Notes: a model not told the origin generated them from the letters alone. Numbered from the stretch's first letter, positions 17,756-26,965 are shown. The stretch is 64,000 bases of DNA from Chthoniobacterales bacterium (GCA_019747895.1 JAIEQF010000019.1:792-64791), one strand, 5' to 3'. Program-made: numbers and translations.

Positions 17756-17771
17756 AAAAATTTAAGAGGGA

Positions 17772-17991
17772 AATTAACCGCAAGAGAGAGCGGAAAAGAA
17801 AGAAGAGAATTAACCGCAAAGAACGCAAAGATCGCAAAAAAGAGAATATTAGAAAGGCATTATTGATTTGTAAAAAGATACTTCAATTTCAATCATGATG
17901 AATATTCGGAGATGTCTCCAATTTTAAGAATTTCTTAATTCTTTGCGTTCTTTGCGGTTGATTTTTTTTAGTTTTTGGTCTTGCGGTTAAT
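17772..17991. repeat. inverted 9-mer arrays (TTAACCGCAAAGAACGCAAAGA / rc) around a ~95-bp AT-rich spacer
   Basis: Read directly from the sequence. The inner arms are 17810..17831 and 17940..17959, and the outer arms ATTAACCGCAAGA are 17773.. and ..17991. It fills the whole gap between the two trans-sulfuration genes. Confidence 0.85.
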
Positions 17992-18940
17992 CAAGAAAAC
18001 CATTCTGTTTCATCCAAGCGTCATCGACAAATTTGGTGAGGTAGTTGCGGATGCCATCCGCTAAAACAACCACGCACTTTTCTCCTTTTTTTAAGCGCTT
18101 GGCTGCTTGAAGAGCCCCATAAACAGTGGCTCCACAGGATCCACCAACAAGCAGGCCTTCTTCACGAATGAGACGACGTGCCATCAAGAAGGATTCTTTA
18201 TCGTGCGTTTTCACGTATTGATCGACGAGCGAATTATCAAGAACTTTGGGAAAAAAGTCGTAACCAATTCCTTCAACTTGATAAGAATAAACTTCGGTGC
18301 CTCCACCAAGGATTGATCCGTAGGGATCAACACCCACAATAGTGATCTTAGGATTGACCTCTTTGATTTTGCGGGCAATGCCGGTGATGGCTCCACCTGT
18401 GCCCACAGAAACAACAACCATTGCTAAGTTTTCACCTGCATCATCGAGGATTTCTTGTGCGGTTGTACGGTAATGAATATCAGGGTTAGCGGGGTTATTG
18501 TATTGATCGAGGATATGAGAATTCGGAATTTCTTGCTGTAACTTTTTTGCAAGGGAGATGTGACTCTCTGGTGCATCAAAGGCAGCCTCCGTCGGAGTCC
18601 GATAAATCGTGGCTCCGAGGGCCTTGAGGACGACTTCTTTTTCATGACTCATCTTTTCTGGCATCGTGATGATGAGCTTATATCCTTTTGCAGCAGCAGC
18701 CACAGCAAGACCGATTCCAGTATTTCCTGAGGTTGCTTCAATGAGGGTGTCTCCAGGTTTGATCTGGCCAGCTTGTTCAGCTGCTTCGATCATGCTCTTG
18801 CCAATGCGATCTTTGAGAGAACCTCCAGGGTTAAAAAATTCACACTTGCCATACATCTCGCAGCAGAGTCCTTGTGCAACGCGTTGAAAGCGGACGAGAG
18901 GAGTTTTTCCAACAGTGTCGAGGATGGTGTTAAAGAGCAT
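17987..18940 (-). CDS. cystathionine beta-synthase / cysteine synthase family PLP enzyme (no CBS domains)
   Basis: It has the GGSLKDR lysine motif and SGNTG loop of the fold-type II family. The stop codon lies inside the repeat arm. Confidence 0.85.
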   Translation of the reverse strand: MLFNTILDTVGKTPLVRFQRVAQGLCCEMYGKCEFFNPGGSLKDRIGKSMIEAAEQAGQIKPGDTLIEATSGNTGIGLAVAAAAKGYKLIITMPEKMSHEKEVVLKALGATIYRTPTEAAFDAPESHISLAKKLQQEIPNSHILDQYNNPANPDIHYRTTAQEILDDAGENLAMVVVSVGTGGAITGIARKIKEVNPKITIVGVDPYGSILGGGTEVYSYQVEGIGYDFFPKVLDNSLVDQYVKTHDKESFLMARRLIREEGLLVGGSCGATVYGALQAAKRLKKGEKCVVVLADGIRNYLTKFVDDAWMKQNGFLD

Positions 18941-18983
18941 GGGGCGAGAAGGGATTTTACACTCTCATGCTTTGCTCAAGAGC

Positions 18984-19886
18984 TCAAGATTTTTCCCTTT
19001 CTACAGGCAAAGAAACACCTAAAATCCAACCTTCGATACGGAGTAGTTTTCTGAACGGTGCGGAACATTTTTCTAAATTGAGAAAATTACTATTTTTATG
19101 CATCAGATGACGCATGCTAGCAGCTGAAATCAAAGCGTCTGCTTGATGATCATTGATACTGGAAAAAGAAGGGGAGATTGCTTCAAAAAAAGATAAAAGT
19201 TCTTTGAGTTTTTTAATGTTACGAACTTTGGAGAGTCCATGGTTAGCTTTTTTTAAAAAGAGGCGAGGGTAGATTTCTGCAATGACAATAGTTGCTGCAT
19301 CACAATGCTCCTGTGAGTCAAAAGGCCAAAAAGCGATTTTTTCTTGTAGCTGCATTTTTAAAAAATGAGCCATACGCATTGCTGATAACCCACCCTTGCC
19401 TACTTGTTTTGTACCTATTAGCTTGAAAGGATTTTCAGGAAATCCTAGCTGTTCATTGATACAACTTAATTCTGTTTGGCGTCGCTTTTCTGGAAAATGG
19501 GGAGGTTTTTTTCCTGCAGTCCAAAAGTCATTACAAAAGAGTGAGTCTCGCCAAAACGTATGAGCATAAAAATTAGCCTCTTGAGAACAGATTCGATTAA
19601 TCAAAGCCCAAAGTTCAGTAGCTGTTTGAAGATTTGGAAGTCTTTTGTGAACGGTAGAAGCAGCATATCCAAAATTGCTGTCAATGCCGATGAGGAGACG
19701 TTTGGAGTGGGCTGCATGATTGATAATCCATTCTGCCACATCTATTCGTGCCCACTGGTTTTTTGGCGGAGAAACCAGAGAGACGGATAATTTGTTAGAA
19801 ACTGCTTTTGCGACCGTAATGCTTGGCGTGAGTAGGGCTTTAGATCCAGACCAATCGATAGCAATGAATTCATCAAATGGGATCAT
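18984..19886 (-). CDS. hypothetical protein, possibly RNase H-fold (DUF429-like)
   Basis: Its start ATG overlaps the upstream photolyase stop as ATGA (19883..19886). The N-terminal IAIDWSG and C-terminal HQADALISA...EGWI are reminiscent of DUF429. The fold call is weak. Confidence 0.5.
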   Translation of the reverse strand: MIPFDEFIAIDWSGSKALLTPSITVAKAVSNKLSVSLVSPPKNQWARIDVAEWIINHAAHSKRLLIGIDSNFGYAASTVHKRLPNLQTATELWALINRICSQEANFYAHTFWRDSLFCNDFWTAGKKPPHFPEKRRQTELSCINEQLGFPENPFKLIGTKQVGKGGLSAMRMAHFLKMQLQEKIAFWPFDSQEHCDAATIVIAEIYPRLFLKKANHGLSKVRNIKKLKELLSFFEAISPSFSSINDHQADALISAASMRHLMHKNSNFLNLEKCSAPFRKLLRIEGWILGVSLPVEREKS

Positions 19887-21409
19887 AATTCCCCTTGTTC
19901 CATTTTGTAAAAAATAGACTTTGCTTCTTGTTGAATTGCTTCTTTTTTTTCGTCGGGAAAGTGATTCCATGTGGAAAGCATATAGTTCATACGCTGATAT
20001 TTTTGCAATTGGTGAGCATGACGTGCCATGAAGTCCCAATAAAGAGCATTGAAGGGACAAGCTCGGTTGCCAGTGAGGAGATTGGGATCATAACAACACT
20101 TCTGGCAGTAATTACTCATACGATGAATATATTTTCCGCTAGCTGCGTAAGGTTTGCTGCCGACAATGCCCCCATCACCAAACAAGGCCATTCCGAGAGT
20201 ATTTGGCATTTCGACCCATTCATAAGCATCGGAATAGACTCCCAAGTACCATTGCTGGACTTCTTTCACGTTCAAACCAGCAAGAAGTGCAAAGTTGCCA
20301 GTGATCATCAGGCGTTGGATATGGTGTGAATAGGCGTGTTCTTTGGTATGGTTTACTGTTTCTTGCATACAAAACATTTTCATAGAACCAGTCCAATAAA
20401 AAGAGGGTAGGGCTCGCGTTGCTTTTAGGAAATTGAGTTCGCCGTAGTTAGGCATGTAAAGCCAATAGATTCCACGAATAAATTCACGCCATCCGAGGAT
20501 TTGACGAATAAATCCCTCAACAGCATTCAAAGGGGCTTTTCCTTGGTAGTATGCCTCTTGAGCTTTTTCACAAATCTCAAGAGGAAGCAATAACCCAATA
20601 TTAAGATAAGAAGAGAGCAACGAGTGATAGAGATAAGGCTCGCTTGCGACCATGGCATCTTGGTTATCTCCAAAAAAAGGAAGTGCATGCTGAATAAAAT
20701 CCTCTAGTTCCAGAAGTGCTTCCTCTCGTGTGACTGCATAGTGAAATGGTTGTAATGTTCCAAAGTGATGAGAGAAGTTTTTTTCTACGAGCGCTAAGAC
20801 CTCCTGTAAGAGTGAAGATTTTTGATGCCTCAGTCGTTTAGGAAAGAAAGGCTTGCCTTTGAAAGGCTTTCTATTTTCTTGATCAAAATTCCATTTCCCC
20901 CCTTCTGGCTTTCCTGAAGTATCGATTAAAATATGGTGTTTGCGACGCATTTCTCGATAGAAATATTCCATGCGAAGCTGCTTTTTCCCATTAGCCCAAG
21001 ATTGAAAGTCGCCTTTAGTCGCTAAAAAGCGATCGTCTGGCAAGATCTCGATAGGGATATCACGTTGGAGTTTTTTTATTTCCTCTAACACGCTCCACTC
21101 ACTCGGTTCTGTGATGATGATTTTTTCATAATGCCCTTTTTGGTACACTTTGAGCATTTCTTCAATAAGGGGAGAAGGTTTCTCATCCTCGGTAATAGGA
21201 ATGTAGATCGTTTGAAACCCCTGCTCTTGAAGTGTGCTTGCAAAGTGGCGCATGCAGGCTAGCCAGAAGGCAATTTTTTTTTGATGATGAGAAGGAGACG
21301 ATTCTACGAACTCATAAAAAAAGAGCGTATCTGTTGCTTGGTGAGCACATTTTAAGGAAGATAAGCAAAAAGAGAGTTGATCCTTTAAAATAACAATTAA
21401 TTTTTTCAT
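19883..21409 (-). CDS. cryptochrome/photolyase family protein, FeS-BCP / prokaryotic (6-4) photolyase type (COG3046)
   Basis: The protein is ~508 aa with a C-terminal Cys cluster (FCMQE ... YCQKCCYDP ... NRACPFN), matching the 4Fe-4S ligands of PhrB/CryB-type enzymes. Confidence 0.8.
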   Translation of the reverse strand: MKKLIVILKDQLSFCLSSLKCAHQATDTLFFYEFVESSPSHHQKKIAFWLACMRHFASTLQEQGFQTIYIPITEDEKPSPLIEEMLKVYQKGHYEKIIITEPSEWSVLEEIKKLQRDIPIEILPDDRFLATKGDFQSWANGKKQLRMEYFYREMRRKHHILIDTSGKPEGGKWNFDQENRKPFKGKPFFPKRLRHQKSSLLQEVLALVEKNFSHHFGTLQPFHYAVTREEALLELEDFIQHALPFFGDNQDAMVASEPYLYHSLLSSYLNIGLLLPLEICEKAQEAYYQGKAPLNAVEGFIRQILGWREFIRGIYWLYMPNYGELNFLKATRALPSFYWTGSMKMFCMQETVNHTKEHAYSHHIQRLMITGNFALLAGLNVKEVQQWYLGVYSDAYEWVEMPNTLGMALFGDGGIVGSKPYAASGKYIHRMSNYCQKCCYDPNLLTGNRACPFNALYWDFMARHAHQLQKYQRMNYMLSTWNHFPDEKKEAIQQEAKSIFYKMEQGEL

Positions 21410-21422
21410 AGAGCGAGGAAGA

Positions 21423-22970
21423 TCAAGAAGGAATTACTTTTTTAATGATGGTTGCTAATTTTAATCCAATTCCTTTTGTCGCAGCCATCTCTTCCACGCT
21501 AATCTGACGGAGGCGGCGGACGCTTCCAAAAGTTTTTAAAAGGAGTCTTTTTTTAGCACTGCTAATTCCAGGAATATCGTCAAGAGCGCTTTCTGAAACA
21601 CGCTTGCGCAGGAGGAGCTCGTGATAACCATTGGCGATACGATGAGCTTCGTCACGGATACGTTGAAGGAGGCGTAGCGCTCCTGTGTTTTTGTGCAATC
21701 GAATGGGAGCGGTTTCTCCAGGACGATAGATTTCTTCAAACTCCTTCGCTAATCCAATAATAGGAATATTGCCAAGGTCCAATATTTTAAGTTCTTTACA
21801 AGCAGAGCTTAACTGGCCTTTGCCGCCGTCGACAATGATGAGATCGGGGAGCGGAGAATGTTTGCCTAACTTTTTAAAATGCGATTGAAGTTGTTCTAGA
21901 ATTGATTCTTGAGATACGTCGTCTTGAATTTCTTTTTTTGCTTCTTCAAGAATCCTGCGATAGCGTCGGCGCACCACTTCAGCCATGCTAGCAAAATCAT
22001 CTTGGGTTTTGGTGCTCGTGATGCGGTAACGGCGATAGTTTTTTCGTTCAGGAACGCCGTTCCTGAATTGTACCATCGAAGCCACAATGTGGGTGTTGGA
22101 AATATTCGAAATATCGAAACATTCCATGACACGTGGTTCTGTTGGAAGGTGCAGGAATTGCTGAAGCTCGATAAGATCAGCTTCCGGATCGATGCTGCCT
22201 GGAAGAGATTTGCGGGTAAAGCGACGAGCTGGCTCTGTGGTCGTTTGCAAACTGGTGAAGAGATTGCGCAGGGAGGCCGCTTTTTCAAAGTCAAGGCGCT
22301 CAGCAGCCTGTTGCATCTCCCTTTCAATATCTTCAATCATCGTTCGCGACTTTCCTTCAAGGAAATCGCAGGCTTCTAAGATACGCTGACGATACTCTTC
22401 ACGGGTGACTCGCTGAATGCAAGGAGCTGAGCAGTTTTGAATAATATGATCGAGGCAATGCTTAAAATCTTTTTCAGTTGGCTCTAAAGGTCGGCAGGAA
22501 CGGATGCCAAATTTTTTGGTCATGGTCTTCAGCGTCTGTCGTAGTGCTGGAGCATTCGGAAAAGGACCAAAATAGCGCGCACCATCTTCTTTGCGTAAGC
22601 GAGTGAGCTGAAAATGCGGGAAGGGCTCACTGAGCTGCACGCGGACGAGAAGAAAGCGCTTGTCGTCGCGAAAACTAATGTTGTATTTAGGGCGCCATTC
22701 TTTGATCAGTTTTCCTTCGTACAAAATCGCTTCGGTGTCGCTTTTAACAAGGTGATATTCGAAATCATGAATGCTTTCGATCAACGCGCGTGTTTTTAGG
22801 TCAGCGCGTGTGAGGCGAGAAGGGGTAAAATAATTTGCAAGTCGTTTTCTCAAATCACGCGCCTTGCCAACGTAAATAATCCGATGCAAGCGATCACGCA
22901 TCACATAGACGCCCGGCTGATGAGGGACATCGCGCAGTTTGGTGAGCAGGCTGTTTTTTATTAATGACAT
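21423..22970 (-). CDS. uvrC: excinuclease ABC subunit C
   Basis: It has GIY-YIG (GVYVMRD..IIYVGKA), a UVR domain (LDFEKAASLRN), an endonuclease V-like domain (ECFDISN.., DGGKGQ) and a C-terminal HhH2. At 515 aa it is compact. Confidence 0.9.
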   Translation of the reverse strand: MSLIKNSLLTKLRDVPHQPGVYVMRDRLHRIIYVGKARDLRKRLANYFTPSRLTRADLKTRALIESIHDFEYHLVKSDTEAILYEGKLIKEWRPKYNISFRDDKRFLLVRVQLSEPFPHFQLTRLRKEDGARYFGPFPNAPALRQTLKTMTKKFGIRSCRPLEPTEKDFKHCLDHIIQNCSAPCIQRVTREEYRQRILEACDFLEGKSRTMIEDIEREMQQAAERLDFEKAASLRNLFTSLQTTTEPARRFTRKSLPGSIDPEADLIELQQFLHLPTEPRVMECFDISNISNTHIVASMVQFRNGVPERKNYRRYRITSTKTQDDFASMAEVVRRRYRRILEEAKKEIQDDVSQESILEQLQSHFKKLGKHSPLPDLIIVDGGKGQLSSACKELKILDLGNIPIIGLAKEFEEIYRPGETAPIRLHKNTGALRLLQRIRDEAHRIANGYHELLLRKRVSESALDDIPGISSAKKRLLLKTFGSVRRLRQISVEEMAATKGIGLKLATIIKKVIPS

Positions 22971-22982
22971 CAGGATAGAAAA

Positions 22983-23169
22983 AATTTAACCGCGAAACAT
23001 GCGAAAGAACACAAAGAAAAATTAGTAGATGATATCTCTTGAAAAAGGAGCTGATGTTTTGTTTTGAGCACTTTTTTCTGATAATTACAAGCATCACGAA
23101 AAGGAAAGATCTTCAAAAAGCAAAATAGATTTCTTTCAAAAATTCTTTGCGTCCTTTGTGGTTAATTTT
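22983..23169. repeat. diverged inverted 9-mer arrays around a ~115-bp spacer (uvrC/Fic divergent region)
   Basis: The left arm is AATTTAACCGCGAAACATGCGAAAGAACACAAAGAAAAATT and the right arm is AAAATTCTTTGCGTCCTTTGTGGTTAATTTT, both read directly. Confidence 0.7.
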
Positions 23170-23200
23170 CTTCTTTCCATCTTTTTATTGTACTACAATC

Positions 23201-23264
23201 ATTGCTGATAAATTGCTGATAAATTGCTGATAAATTGCTGATAAATTGCTGATAAATTGCTGAT
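23201..23264. repeat. 11-bp tandem repeat ATTGCTGATAA, 5 full copies plus one 9-nt copy
   Basis: Read directly from the sequence; all five full copies are perfect. The last partial copy continues into the Fic ATG (ATTGCTGATGAAA). Confidence 0.95.
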
Positions 23265-24348
23265 GAAATTTCAACCAAATTATAACATAACTCGAGAGAT
23301 TGCGGGAAACATTTTGCGCATTGAAAAGGCTAAAAAAGAGTCGATCCACTTCCCACTGACGCCAACGGTATTAAGCTCATTGCGTGAATCTGCGCAGCTT
23401 TATACGACTCATTATTCCACCATGATTGAGGGAAATCAGCTAGCGCCCAAAGAAGTGGAAGCAGTTTTAAAAAAAGAAGAACACTTTCCAGGGCGTGCAC
23501 GAGAGGAACATGAGATCAAAGGCTATTATGCGGCTTTAAAAAAAGTTGAGGAATGGGCTGCTGAAAAAAAAGAGATTACCGAACAAACGATTCAAACTCT
23601 TCATGCTCTTGTCATGGGCAATGGACGGATTCGTGTTAAACCAACGCCTTATCGTGATGGACAAAATGTGATTAGGGATAGCAGAACGCGCGCTATTGTC
23701 TATATGCCTCCTGAAGCAAAGGATGTGTCAGCTTTGATGATCTCCATGGTTGATTGGATCGATGATGTAAAAAAAATTCCAACACCGATTGTTGCTGGAT
23801 TAGTTCACTATCAATTTGCAACGATTCATCCTTATTACGATGGCAATGGAAGGACAGCACGACTCTTAACAACGCTGGTGCTACATTTGGGAGGATACGA
23901 TCTGAAAGGACTTTATTCTCTCGAGGAATATTACGCACGTCATCTTCATGGCTACTATGAGGCGATAGGTGTGGGAGCTTCTCACAATTATTATGAAGGT
24001 CGTGCGAAGAGAAGTGTGACGCCATGGTTGAACTATTTTATCGCTGGTATGGCTGATTCTTTTGAAAAGGTGATTGTCAAAATGAAAGACGCTCAAGAAA
24101 AAGGAAATTCAGATCAGAGCGCTTTCTTGCGCAAGCTCGATGCAAGGCAGCGAAAAGCTCTGAAGCTCTTTCAAAAATTTGAAGCAGTCACCAGTCAACA
24201 AATTGGCGCCTTGTTTGATTTTAAGCCGCGAACGAGCACACACGTTTGTGCTGTGTGGGTTCAGGAAGGATTTTTAGAAGCAGTTGGAAGTTCTAATAAA
24301 AATAGGAAATACAAGCTGACTCCTGAGTATGAGTGCCTCATTTTTTGA
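23263..24348 (+). CDS. Fic family protein (AMPylase-type) with an N-terminal inhibitory helix
   Basis: The Fic motif is HPYYDGNGRTAR and the upstream STMIEG fits the (S/T)xxxE(G/N) auto-inhibition motif. The C-terminus is probably a winged helix. The ATG is at 23263; the track TTG is at 23257. Confidence 0.85.
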   Translation: MKFQPNYNITREIAGNILRIEKAKKESIHFPLTPTVLSSLRESAQLYTTHYSTMIEGNQLAPKEVEAVLKKEEHFPGRAREEHEIKGYYAALKKVEEWAAEKKEITEQTIQTLHALVMGNGRIRVKPTPYRDGQNVIRDSRTRAIVYMPPEAKDVSALMISMVDWIDDVKKIPTPIVAGLVHYQFATIHPYYDGNGRTARLLTTLVLHLGGYDLKGLYSLEEYYARHLHGYYEAIGVGASHNYYEGRAKRSVTPWLNYFIAGMADSFEKVIVKMKDAQEKGNSDQSAFLRKLDARQRKALKLFQKFEAVTSQQIGALFDFKPRTSTHVCAVWVQEGFLEAVGSSNKNRKYKLTPEYECLIF

Positions 24349-24390
24349 AGATGGTATAATCTCTCAAGGAACTTGAACCTAAAAACGTGA

Positions 24391-24849
24391 ATGAAAATAA
24401 TATCGATATTATTTAGTGGAGCGTTTTTATTTTTCTGTTTTTCCATAGCAAATCCATATCGTATCAATGGAGAGTGCATGGAGCCTGTCATAAAAGATGG
24501 AAAACTTTATTTCGTTAATCATCTTTATTATAAAATTAATGCTTATAGAGCCGGAGATATCGTTATCTTTCGCCAGAAAGATAAAGTATGGATCTCAAGA
24601 ATTGTTGCCCTTGAAAACCAAGAAATAAAAATTAGCGATCATGCTATCTTGATAGACGAAGCAGTATACTCTGATAATATACAGCGAAGTTGGCAGGATT
24701 GGAGGTATGGAAAATATGGCGTTGATAATATAACAAAAGTCCCATTAGAACACGTGTACGTTTTATCAGATAACTTGTCGGCTCATCATGATGATAGTCG
24801 GATTTTCGGTCCAATTTCTTATCACAATATTCTTGGAAAAGTTTGGTAA
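24391..24849 (+). CDS. S26 (signal peptidase I) family homolog with non-canonical catalytic positions
   Basis: Boxes B to E align with SipS/LepB: NGECMEPV (Ser to Cys), AGDIVIF, WISRIVALENQ (Lys to Ser) and LSDNLSAHHDDSRIFG. It has an N-terminal TM helix. Confidence 0.7.
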   Translation: MKIISILFSGAFLFFCFSIANPYRINGECMEPVIKDGKLYFVNHLYYKINAYRAGDIVIFRQKDKVWISRIVALENQEIKISDHAILIDEAVYSDNIQRSWQDWRYGKYGVDNITKVPLEHVYVLSDNLSAHHDDSRIFGPISYHNILGKVW

Positions 24850-24923
24850 ATCTAAAACTTACTTTTCCTGTAGCTGAAAACAAAATTTTCTCCTTTTTTC
24901 TAAAAGTTTTTTAAAACTCTTTA

Positions 24924-24951
24924 CCCATTACTCGTTACCTATTACTTTGCC
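24924..24951. repeat. period-7 imperfect repeat CCCATTA/CTCGTTA/CCTATTA/CTTTGCC
   Basis: Read directly from the sequence. It ends 6 nt before the GT2 ATG at 24958. Confidence 0.6.
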
Positions 24952-24957
24952 TCCGCT

Positions 24958-25923
24958 ATGATTTCCATCACCATTCCCATTTACAACGAGCGTGAAGCGA
25001 TTACTCCGCTTTTTACAAAAATCCGAGAAGTGATGGATCGTCTTGGTAAACCGTATGAAGTAATTTTCGTCAATGATGGAAGTCATGATGGGAGTGCTGA
25101 GGTGTTGGATCAACTTGCGGCTAACTATTCTCAAGCAAAGATCATTCATTTTCGTCGCAATTTTGGTCAAACGGCAGCCATGATGGCAGGCTTTGATTAT
25201 GCCTCGGGAGAGGTGATCATCCCGATGGATGGCGATTACCAAAATGATCCGGAAGATATTCCACGGATGCTGGCGAAGCTTGAGGAAGGTTATGATGTCT
25301 GTTCCGGATGGCGTCGCGATCGACAAGATAACGCGCTACAACGGAATATTCCAAGCATGATGGCTAATAAATTGATCTCTTTCATTTCGGGAGTAAGGCT
25401 TCACGATTTTGGTTGCTCGCTGAAAGCTTATCGACGTGATGTGATTGAAGGGGTGAGGCTCTACGGAGAGATGCATCGCTTTCTTCCGATCTACACCAAG
25501 TGGCATGGAGCCCGCATTACGGAACTGCCTGTAAATCATTTCGCGCGTACGACCGGTCATTCTAAGTACGGTCTTGAGCGTGTGTTAAAAGTTGTCCTCG
25601 ATCTCATGGTCGTAAAATTTCTTGATCGGCATGCGCAAAAGCCGATGTATGTTTTTGGAGCCTGTGGCTTGATTAGCTTGGCAGCAAGCTTTGGCTTTGC
25701 TCTCTGGGCTATCTTGCTTTTATTGCTAGCACATAAGCCATTCATCACAACACCACTTCCTCTCATGGCCGTGTTCACGTTCCTCATGGGAGTGATGAGC
25801 TTTCTCATGGGATTACTCGCGGAAATGATTATGCGTACTTTTTATGAATCGCAAGGCAAGTCGATCTACCTGGTGCGAGGGACGTGCAATGTTGCTCAGC
25901 GGTCAACGAGAAATTTAAGTTAG
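24958..25923 (+). CDS. GT2 polyprenyl-phosphate glycosyltransferase (ArnC/GtrB/Ppm1-like)
   Basis: IPIYNE, FVNDGSHDGS and MDGDYQNDP, plus two C-terminal TM helices. Confidence 0.85.
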   Translation: MISITIPIYNEREAITPLFTKIREVMDRLGKPYEVIFVNDGSHDGSAEVLDQLAANYSQAKIIHFRRNFGQTAAMMAGFDYASGEVIIPMDGDYQNDPEDIPRMLAKLEEGYDVCSGWRRDRQDNALQRNIPSMMANKLISFISGVRLHDFGCSLKAYRRDVIEGVRLYGEMHRFLPIYTKWHGARITELPVNHFARTTGHSKYGLERVLKVVLDLMVVKFLDRHAQKPMYVFGACGLISLAASFGFALWAILLLLLAHKPFITTPLPLMAVFTFLMGVMSFLMGLLAEMIMRTFYESQGKSIYLVRGTCNVAQRSTRNLS

Positions 25924-25928
25924 CGGAG

Positions 25929-26864
25929 ATGAAAAATAGAAAGCCTCTCATTTTAGTTCTTGGAATGAAGCGGAGTGGGACGAGCGCCTTGACCAAGGGG
26001 CTTGAGGTGATGGGAGTGTCGTTGGGAGATCATTTGATGCCTCCCAATGAGTTTAATAAAAAAGGATATTGGGAGGATTGGGATTTTCATGAGTTGAATT
26101 TTGAGATGCTCAAAGCGTGCACTCAAAATCGCGCTCGGAGGATTCTTCCTCTCTCAGAAAAAGAAACAACTTATCTGCTCAATAGTCACTACGCTGAACG
26201 CGCCTCTCAATTGTTGTGGAAAAAAATGCCTCAAGACCAGCCCCTCGGCGTAAAAGTTCCTACCTCTTCACTCCTCATTCCTTTTTGGAAAAAAATTTGT
26301 GAGCAACTTGATGTTTCTCTAAGTGTTGTTATCGCGCTGAGAAATCCGATCAGTGTTGCCACCTCGGTGGAGGAGAGCTTTGAGGACCTTCCAGAAAAAT
26401 CACTTTGGATTTGGATTACTTCTTTGTTGAGCTCCCTGACTCACTCTGACGGTCATCAGCGCGTTCTTGTCGATTATGATGAACTGATCAAACATCCTTC
26501 TCACCAAATGGAGAGAGTTGCTACAGCGCTGAATTTGAAAATCGATGAAGAGCAACTCCAAAATTACAGTCGCCATTTTATTGATCCCTCATTGCGGCAT
26601 CAATTTTTTCCAGACTATCATTTTGAGAATGACGATTTGTGTTTGAAGCTTGCCGTCGAAATGTATGGCACACTCCTTTCGGTAGCCATGGATCAAACAT
26701 CCTTTCACGATTTAAAGAAGTCTCTTCAAAAATGGTCAAAGACGCTTGCATCCGTTCAAGGGCTTTTGACGATGTTAGAAATGCATGAGTTTACCATCGC
26801 AAAGCTGGTGGATCTCAATCTGGAGCTGAAGAACGACTTGTCGCTTTCTAAAGACAAGACCTAA
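25929..26864 (+). CDS. sulfotransferase family protein
   Basis: LILVLGMKRSGTSAL resembles the 5'-PSB PAPS-binding loop. The ATG at 25929 is preceded by GGAG. The track ORF starts earlier and overlaps GT2. Confidence 0.55.
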   Translation: MKNRKPLILVLGMKRSGTSALTKGLEVMGVSLGDHLMPPNEFNKKGYWEDWDFHELNFEMLKACTQNRARRILPLSEKETTYLLNSHYAERASQLLWKKMPQDQPLGVKVPTSSLLIPFWKKICEQLDVSLSVVIALRNPISVATSVEESFEDLPEKSLWIWITSLLSSLTHSDGHQRVLVDYDELIKHPSHQMERVATALNLKIDEEQLQNYSRHFIDPSLRHQFFPDYHFENDDLCLKLAVEMYGTLLSVAMDQTSFHDLKKSLQKWSKTLASVQGLLTMLEMHEFTIAKLVDLNLELKNDLSLSKDKT

Positions 26865-26965
26865 TCTGCTTGGCCTTCGAGGATTTTTTTTGAATACTCT
26901 TCAGATGATTCAAGACGCTGGTTATTTATTGGAAGCGATAGCATGTAGGATTTTCTTTTCTTTTT

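Noticed and set aside
17772-17991. Possible CRISPR-like repeat-spacer structure (repeat, ~100-bp unique sequence, repeat).
   Set aside because: The repeats are inverted rather than direct, there is only one spacer per locus, the repeats are themselves 9-mer arrays, and no cas genes are in the window.
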